Part shown: piece after piece, positions 43,339-49,280 of the stretch | Numbering within the stretch: the stretch's first letter is position 1 | Layout: each line of letters begins with the position of its first letter | Assembly (NCBI GenBank): GCA_001773385.1 | Contig: MEWJ01000032.1 | Location: 1 to 49,280, forward strand | Direction: 5' to 3' | Length of the DNA stretch: 49,280 bases | Source of the DNA: a candidate division WWE3 bacterium RIFOXYD1_FULL_43_17 | Lineage (GTDB): Bacteria; Patescibacteriota; WWE3; UBA101185; UBA10185 | The notes under the pieces: model-generated | The model's database searches: none | What the model was told of the DNA's origin: nothing | Seen by the model: the letters and a program-made list of their open reading frames with translations, nothing else | Program-made: the position numbers and the translations under genes

Positions 43339-45009
43339 ATGAGTGAGCCTACACCTAATACTGAGATAGATAGCACGAACGCACTTAATCCTGCTGAAAA
43401 CAACAAAAGTCACAAGTTTATTACGAAAAAAGTGATTACATATACTGTAGCTGTATTGCTTCTCCTTACTATTCTAACGACTGGAGTGTTAATGCTTTTA
43501 AAGCAGGGTGGTGGCCAAATTATTACAAGATATAAAAATGGTAGTCAAGGTACAACTAATACAGATGACAAAACTGCTCGACAGGATACGGGCTTTTTGC
43601 CCTCTACCAAAGGCAGTATTGAGCTTTTACAGACACCGGATAAAATAAACACTTTTCACAGCACACACTATTTATTTGGGAACATAGAAACTGACGGAGA
43701 TCTATTTCACATAGAGGTTAGCAGAGACGGCAAGGTAACAGGCGGTTACACCTTAAAGGTAAATAACAAATCATTAGTGGTCCAGACCGACCTCGGTGGA
43801 AATGGTTTTGTAACACATGAAAGTAGCGTCTACAAAAAATTCTATTATCCAATAAATGATTTAACACAAGGGGATAATAGTATAGCTGTTAAGCTTTACA
43901 CGGATGATAGCAAGGTTAAGCTTATTGATGAAAAATTTTTTACTATAACTAGAACGGCTCCTACATACGTCACTGATATAACATTTTATAGTCAGGTACA
44001 AAAAGTTAATCCTGAGGAATTATTTAAACAGGCAGGTATAGATTTCGAAAAAGACAGGCTTTGGGAATACGTTCGGGATGAAGACTCTTTCATCGAAGGC
44101 TCAAGTGAATTACTTTACGGTAAATCGGAAAAGTGGACTGACTATAGTCTTGAAGCAGTCGGAGAAATTGGTGTCAATAATAGTAAAGTCCCCCTTTATA
44201 GATTTTTCTATACATATCAAAATTCCGACCTCTTTGCACATACAGGTGCTTTCAACTTTTACATTTCAAATAACAAGGCATACTTTATAATAAATTCGCT
44301 CTTTTTTTCCGGCAATATAACACCAATTTACCTTTTTTACATGAATTCTTCTCCATACCTTTTTAATGAAGTTGTTACAGAATTAGGAAAAATAAAAATT
44401 GACGCTAATAATTTTATCGTACCATCTACATTCATTGTGGGAGGTATCGGTCACTACAACCCTAGTAACGTTGAGGGCGAGATACTTTACACGTACAAAT
44501 CCTACGTTTTATATGATAGTCACATAATCTATGATAGATATGGTAATTGGAGGTATTTCGAACTCACTCCCTCATACTTTAAAGATGATAGATATGGCGG
44601 TAACGATAATTGGAATGAAAGTTTATATCGGGATTTCAATAAAATAGGCATTTCCTTGGATGATGGTAAAAATCCTGATAATTTTTATAGCCCGTTTTGG
44701 TACTGGTGTGGAGGTTCAAGAGGGTACCGAGTTTTACCGGACAGCGATGCTAAGTATTTAGAACTTGTGGGTAAAACAGCAACCGGAGAAAATGTTTATA
44801 TATATGCAAAAGACATGCCTTTTCCAGAAAACACGCATCTTCTACCCGCTTTAACAAAAGATGATTTAACAAACCAAGTAATAGAAGAGGGCTGGCAGGA
44901 CTTCTTAGAAAACCAAAAAGACACATATCCTGTTTTGGTAATAAAAAACATTTTTGACGAGTGGGTAGTTTACATAGACGCAAACAATATCTTTGTTCCA
45001 GGTTGTTAG
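43339..45009 (+). CDS. Membrane-anchored hypothetical surface protein
   Basis: TM helix near N-terminus, Ig-like beta segment, Tyr/Asn-rich, AT-rich codon use. Confidence 0.75.
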   Translation: MSEPTPNTEIDSTNALNPAENNKSHKFITKKVITYTVAVLLLLTILTTGVLMLLKQGGGQIITRYKNGSQGTTNTDDKTARQDTGFLPSTKGSIELLQTPDKINTFHSTHYLFGNIETDGDLFHIEVSRDGKVTGGYTLKVNNKSLVVQTDLGGNGFVTHESSVYKKFYYPINDLTQGDNSIAVKLYTDDSKVKLIDEKFFTITRTAPTYVTDITFYSQVQKVNPEELFKQAGIDFEKDRLWEYVRDEDSFIEGSSELLYGKSEKWTDYSLEAVGEIGVNNSKVPLYRFFYTYQNSDLFAHTGAFNFYISNNKAYFIINSLFFSGNITPIYLFYMNSSPYLFNEVVTELGKIKIDANNFIVPSTFIVGGIGHYNPSNVEGEILYTYKSYVLYDSHIIYDRYGNWRYFELTPSYFKDDRYGGNDNWNESLYRDFNKIGISLDDGKNPDNFYSPFWYWCGGSRGYRVLPDSDAKYLELVGKTATGENVYIYAKDMPFPENTHLLPALTKDDLTNQVIEEGWQDFLENQKDTYPVLVIKNIFDEWVVYIDANNIFVPGC

Positions 45010-45087
45010 CGTATTAACATTAATAACTCAGAACAAGCGTAGAAAATAGCAACAGAATTCAACTTTTCAAAAAGTAACCAAATTTCT

Positions 45088-45164
45088 TGGCGCCCCCAGA
45101 GGGATTCGAACCCCCGACCCCTCGTTCCGAAGACGAGTGCTCTAATCCGCTGAGCTATGGAGGC
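45088..45164 (-). tRNA. tRNA-Arg(UCG)
   Basis: CTCGT-CTTCGGA-ACGAG anticodon arm, GCCA end. Confidence 0.94.
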
Positions 45165-45224
45165 GTAGCGGAAAACCTTACATTACTTGTAAATTATACC
45201 ACCGTAATCTGCTAAAATAGGTGT

Positions 45225-45668
45225 ATGAATAAGCTGAACAAACTACTGGTACCTTTGTACGTCCTGTTTCTCATAGGTTCGTTTTTCTATGTTAAATCGG
45301 TTATAAAGGGAGTTCCGGTTTCAGTAGAAGACACTTCGGACGATAAGACCGTCGAAATAAAAAGCGTTAAGGTGTCACTTACAGTTAAAGCGCCGTCTTA
45401 CACTAAAACGTATACTCAGGAGTCTAAAAACATCGACACAGTATCCGACCTTTTGTTACAAATTAAAGAAAACAACACGGATTTTACCTTTGACCGTACA
45501 TCCTATTCATACGGCAGCGAGTTTGACCATATAAACGGTATTAAGGCAACCGAAACAATGGAATGGAGAATTTTTGACGGGGAAAAAGATGTTACTTTAA
45601 AAATAAACGACACCGAGCTTGAGGACGGTAAAAATTACGTTCTTGTCTTTCAAAAGGTGACCGAGTAA
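45225..45668 (+). CDS. DUF4430-like membrane-anchored protein
   Basis: TM helix; TVSDLL...YSYGSEFDHINGI....W pattern. Confidence 0.65.
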   Translation: MNKLNKLLVPLYVLFLIGSFFYVKSVIKGVPVSVEDTSDDKTVEIKSVKVSLTVKAPSYTKTYTQESKNIDTVSDLLLQIKENNTDFTFDRTSYSYGSEFDHINGIKATETMEWRIFDGEKDVTLKINDTELEDGKNYVLVFQKVTE

Positions 45669-45669
45669 C

Positions 45670-46851
45670 CTATTCAAACCTTAAAGCTTCTATCGGGTCT
45701 TTTTTGCTGGCGCTTAAAGCAGGATATGTGCCGAAAACAACCCCTACAAATATAGAAAAACCCATCGCCAGTGCAACAGCCCACCACGGTATTGTCGCGT
45801 TTATAAAACTTGCTACCGCAAGAGTAGAAAGATAGCCTAAAAGTAATCCGACCATCCCGCCCCCTAGACTTATAAATATAGCTTCAGCTAAAAACTGTCT
45901 CCCGATATTTTTTGATGTTGCTCCCAAGGCCTTTCTTAAACCAATTTCCTGTGTGCGTTCCGTAACAGAAACTAGCATGATATTCATTATCCCGATCCCG
46001 CCTACCAACAAAGAAATACCGGCCACGGCTGCCAGCGCGGAAGATAAAACACCGAGTATCTGATCAATCGAAGATAGCACGTCTTTTTGCGTAACCACTG
46101 AGAAATCGTCAATCTTCATGTCTTTCAACAGCGCCACCTTAACCTCACGCATAACTTCATCCACGTCCAGTCCTTCATTAGCTTTTAATGCAATGCTCGA
46201 CAATGCTTCTATATTAAAAACTGCCTTTAAGGAAGTGTCAGGCATAAATATTCTGTCATCAAAATTTCCACCTTTCGGTTTTGCTACTCCCAGTACCTCA
46301 AAATTCGTATTTTCTATTTTTATTTTTTCTCCAACGGGATTACGGTCTCCGAATAATTCTTTTTTAACATCCGAGCTTATGAATACAACACTGGCTTTTT
46401 TAGAGTCATCGGATTTTGTGTAGTAAGAACCTGTGTCCGTTTCTAATCCGTAAACCGAATAGGACTGATAATTACCTCCTACAACTGTACTTGCATAGGT
46501 TTTTGTTTTGTATTCGGCAGTTTTAGCTATTCTGATAGAGGGGGTAATAACACTTATTTTGTCCCCTACGTACAAATTTATCGTGTCTACATTTTTAAGA
46601 CTAAGTTTATTTCCCATAAATGCGCGTGAAGGATCCTGTCCTTCGCCGACGCTGGGTGTGACTAAAATCAAATTTGAGCCAAGAGCACTAAACTGGTCAG
46701 TAATATAGTTCTGAAATCCCTGTACAACAGCAACCAAAGACACGACGGAAAAGACACCGATAATGACACCGAGCATTGTGAGAAATGTCCTTATTTTATT
46801 CAGCGCCAAGGCTGACAAAGCACTTTTTATAGTTTCAGGAACGTATATCAT
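45670..46851 (-). CDS. ABC transporter permease (MacB/FtsX family)
   Basis: RTFLTMLGVIIGV, GGIGIMNIMLVSVTERTQEIGLRKALGA, DPIEALRFE; ATGA overlap with ATPase. Confidence 0.95.
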   Translation of the reverse strand: MIYVPETIKSALSALALNKIRTFLTMLGVIIGVFSVVSLVAVVQGFQNYITDQFSALGSNLILVTPSVGEGQDPSRAFMGNKLSLKNVDTINLYVGDKISVITPSIRIAKTAEYKTKTYASTVVGGNYQSYSVYGLETDTGSYYTKSDDSKKASVVFISSDVKKELFGDRNPVGEKIKIENTNFEVLGVAKPKGGNFDDRIFMPDTSLKAVFNIEALSSIALKANEGLDVDEVMREVKVALLKDMKIDDFSVVTQKDVLSSIDQILGVLSSALAAVAGISLLVGGIGIMNIMLVSVTERTQEIGLRKALGATSKNIGRQFLAEAIFISLGGGMVGLLLGYLSTLAVASFINATIPWWAVALAMGFSIFVGVVFGTYPALSASKKDPIEALRFE

Positions 46852-47519
46852 TTGACAATACAACCGTCTTTTAACACTATTTTTCTCTGTGCTATTTGGG
46901 CAAGTTCGTCATCGTGAGTAACAAGTATTATTGTTTTACCTTGCGAGTTTAGTTTTAAAAAGTTCTTGATTATTTCTTCACCTGTTTTTGTATCCAGATT
47001 TCCTGTCGGTTCATCTGCCAAAATCATACTGGGGTCATTTACCATCGCCCGTGCGATTGCTACTCTTTGTTTCTGACCTCCGGACAACTCGTTTGATTTA
47101 TTTTTCAAGCGGTCCTGCAATCCCACTATTTCTATCATTTCTTTCGCTTTCCTTTCCCATTCAGAACTCGGGACGGTGCTGTATTTTAATGGAAGTATCA
47201 CATTGTCCAGTACGGTCGTACGCTGGAGTAAATTAAAAGATTGAAACACGAAACCTATTTCATTATTTCTAACCTGAGCCAGTTGTTTTTCGCTCATACC
47301 CTTAGTATTTATTCCGTTTAAGATAACCTCTCCCTCGGTAGGAGTATCTAATAAACCGAGAATGTGCATTAAGGTAGATTTACCGGACCCTGATTTACCC
47401 ACAATGGCAACAAATTCGCCTTTACCGATTTCAATATTAACCCCCAGAAGAGCCTCTATCTTAGTAGTACCCATATCGTATATTTTTGAAACATTTTGAG
47501 CCTGTAAAATCGGGGTCAT
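46848..47519 (-). CDS. ABC transporter ATP-binding protein (MacB/LolD family)
   Basis: GKSGSGKST, LSGGQKQR, ILADEPTGNLD, VTHD. Confidence 0.96.
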   Translation of the reverse strand: MTPILQAQNVSKIYDMGTTKIEALLGVNIEIGKGEFVAIVGKSGSGKSTLMHILGLLDTPTEGEVILNGINTKGMSEKQLAQVRNNEIGFVFQSFNLLQRTTVLDNVILPLKYSTVPSSEWERKAKEMIEIVGLQDRLKNKSNELSGGQKQRVAIARAMVNDPSMILADEPTGNLDTKTGEEIIKNFLKLNSQGKTIILVTHDDELAQIAQRKIVLKDGCIVK

Positions 47520-47520
47520 T

Positions 47521-48582
47521 TTAATTTATAATTTTGGCGGTGTAACCTTCGGTAAGTTTTTGATTTTCCTCTGCAGGAACAACAACTTCACTGACATCGG
47601 TTTTAATCTCGGTGTAGATATCTCCCTCAACTCCAAGTTCTACCGGAAGTTGTTTGAGCTTACCGTTTTCTACCACCCACACAAAAGGTTCATCGGATAC
47701 GTCATAAAATATTTCGTCAATTGTAAGGGCACGTACTTCAGTTTTTGTAGTTAACACATAAATATAAGCGTCTCCCGACATACCGATAGCCAACGGATGC
47801 TCCGGATTTCCTGATAAAGGTATTTCGATATCAAACACTCCGGTAACCGCGTTTGCCGTCAAAGGCACCTGAGCAACTTTAGTGTCAAATTCAAATGAAC
47901 CGTACGAATCTAGTTTTATTTTAGCCGGTTGTCCTAACTTGATGTATCCGTAATCCTCCTGGTCTATAGATATTTCGAAAATAAATTTATCCATATTGGC
48001 TAACGTCATAACTGTTTCGCCTACTACTGCAGTTTCTCCGACCTTCTTGTTCACATCTATAATCGTCCCGTCAAACGGGGCATAAATATAGGAATTACGT
48101 AGAACGGAAAGTTGAGCCTGGTAGGTTGCCTCAGCTTGGCTTATAAGCTCATCCAGCTGTCTGAGTTTAATATTGTAGTTATCTTCCCCGCCAAGTGCCG
48201 TTATGTTTGCTTCCCTGTCTTCTACAAACAAATCCTTATTTCTTAGGGCAACGTCGCGCGCGTCTTGATACGCCTGCGATGTTTGATACTGGGTCGATCC
48301 GTCGATATAAGCAAGAAGTTCTCCCTGCTTTACCGTGTCACCTTTTTTAATAGAAATGTTCGTGATTTTTCCGGCCGACATAAAAGTAAGATTAGCCTGC
48401 TCTTCGGCCTTTACCTGTCCGCTTGCCGATACACTTCTGGATACAACTTTATTTTCTACGGGCACTCTTCTTACAAGAGCCGTTAGCTGTTTTGGCCTCA
48501 GCAGGAAAAACCATAATATCAGAGCTACCGGTATTCCGATAAGCAGATATTTAATTAACTTTTTCGAGACTAATTTTCGCAT
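47521..48582 (-). CDS. Efflux membrane-fusion/adaptor subunit (MacA/HlyD-like)
   Basis: TM anchor, lipoyl halves GKITNISIKKGDTVKQGELL and IYAPFDGTI. Confidence 0.9.
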   Translation of the reverse strand: MRKLVSKKLIKYLLIGIPVALILWFFLLRPKQLTALVRRVPVENKVVSRSVSASGQVKAEEQANLTFMSAGKITNISIKKGDTVKQGELLAYIDGSTQYQTSQAYQDARDVALRNKDLFVEDREANITALGGEDNYNIKLRQLDELISQAEATYQAQLSVLRNSYIYAPFDGTIIDVNKKVGETAVVGETVMTLANMDKFIFEISIDQEDYGYIKLGQPAKIKLDSYGSFEFDTKVAQVPLTANAVTGVFDIEIPLSGNPEHPLAIGMSGDAYIYVLTTKTEVRALTIDEIFYDVSDEPFVWVVENGKLKQLPVELGVEGDIYTEIKTDVSEVVVPAEENQKLTEGYTAKIIN

Positions 48583-48602
48583 ACGTATGATATTATATTA
48601 CC

Positions 48603-48992
48603 ATGTTAGGATTTTTAAAATCTCATCACCCTTTAAGACATGCCAGAAGTTTTAAACACGCATTTCAGGGAATTTTTAAAGCTCTAGTCGAAGAACCTAA
48701 TTTTAGGGTTCAGGTAATCATTTTGGTGATATCAATTATGTTGGGCGCCCATTTTAATATCACAAACATTGAGTGGGCTTTGCTTATACTTTCCATGGGA
48801 CTGCTTTTAATGGCAGAAGTTCTTAATACCGTTGTCGAGGACACCATAGATTTTTTTATTAAAGATTTCGACGAGGGTGTGAAAGTGATAAAAGACTTGT
48901 CCGCCGGGTTTGTTCTAATCACCGCAATAACCGCTCTGGCTATACTTATACTGATATTCTGGCCTTACTTTAATATAGTTTTACCTGCTTAA
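48603..48992 (+). CDS. dgkA: Diacylglycerol/undecaprenol kinase family protein
   Basis: SFKHAFQGI...EPNFR, EVLNTVVE, KDLSAG. Confidence 0.88.
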   Translation: MLGFLKSHHPLRHARSFKHAFQGIFKALVEEPNFRVQVIILVISIMLGAHFNITNIEWALLILSMGLLLMAEVLNTVVEDTIDFFIKDFDEGVKVIKDLSAGFVLITAITALAILILIFWPYFNIVLPA

Positions 48993-49280
48993 GTAGATTA
49001 AAACTGCAAGATAAATTCCGCCGAAAATGTATCCCGCTATAACATCCTGTACAGTGTGTGCTCCTATTAATACCCTGGAAACGCCGACCAGCACTATGTG
49101 ATACAGGCTAATGATTCGGATTAAATTAGCCGCCAAACCGTCCCCAAAAATGTCTTTTTTAAAGGACAAAAAAAGAAGTAATCCCCAGAAACAAACGTAA
49201 AATATCACGTGGCTGCTTGGGAATCTGTACATGTCACCGAGCTTTGTAGGGTCTCCGGCATAAGTATCAAGCCTCGGTAT
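48981..49280 (-). CDS. PAP2-family phosphatase (5' end outside window)
   Basis: FPSSH and SRVLIGAHTVQDVIAG motifs; frame open to the window edge. Confidence 0.85.
   Translation of the reverse strand: MPRLDTYAGDPTKLGDMYRFPSSHVIFYVCFWGLLLFLSFKKDIFGDGLAANLIRIISLYHIVLVGVSRVLIGAHTVQDVIAGYIFGGIYLAVLIYLSR

Overview
Bacterial chromosomal window, most likely from a Candidate Phyla Radiation (Patescibacteria) genome. This is an inference from gene content (DUF5659, RNHCP, DUF2207, tRNA-reading serine recombinases) and promoter style. The left half (158-24934) is not one island but two integrative elements inserted in tandem at the 3' end of tRNA-Gln(UUG), separated by a shared TGGCTG core at 158, 5136 and 24929. 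Element A (about 5 kb) carries an AbiV-family gene, an HUH rolling-circle Rep with an internal hairpin + CTTGATA nick-like site, and a large serine recombinase (LSR). Element B (about 19.8 kb) carries a 3577-aa membrane-anchored subtilase/Ig-repeat protein, a 705-aa reverse transcriptase fused to a helical-repeat region and a probable DNA-binding domain, a DUF5659/SSB-like/primase-helicase replication module with iteron-like repeats, and a second LSR. In both elements the att site lies inside the LSR gene, so integration swaps the recombinase C-terminus. Each element also has its own 9-13 bp motif repeated in the LSR 3' end and across the crossover. The right half (25 kb to end) is host chromosome: seven tRNAs counting tRNA-Gln plus tRNA-Val with a tandem array of its 3' half (all minus strand), a csoR-copA copper operon, patatin, FNR-like oxidoreductase, a serine hydrolase, a hydrolase-UbiA fusion, tmk, a MacAB-like ABC exporter, dgkA and many orphan genes. 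All family assignments are from motif recognition by eye; no database searches were run.
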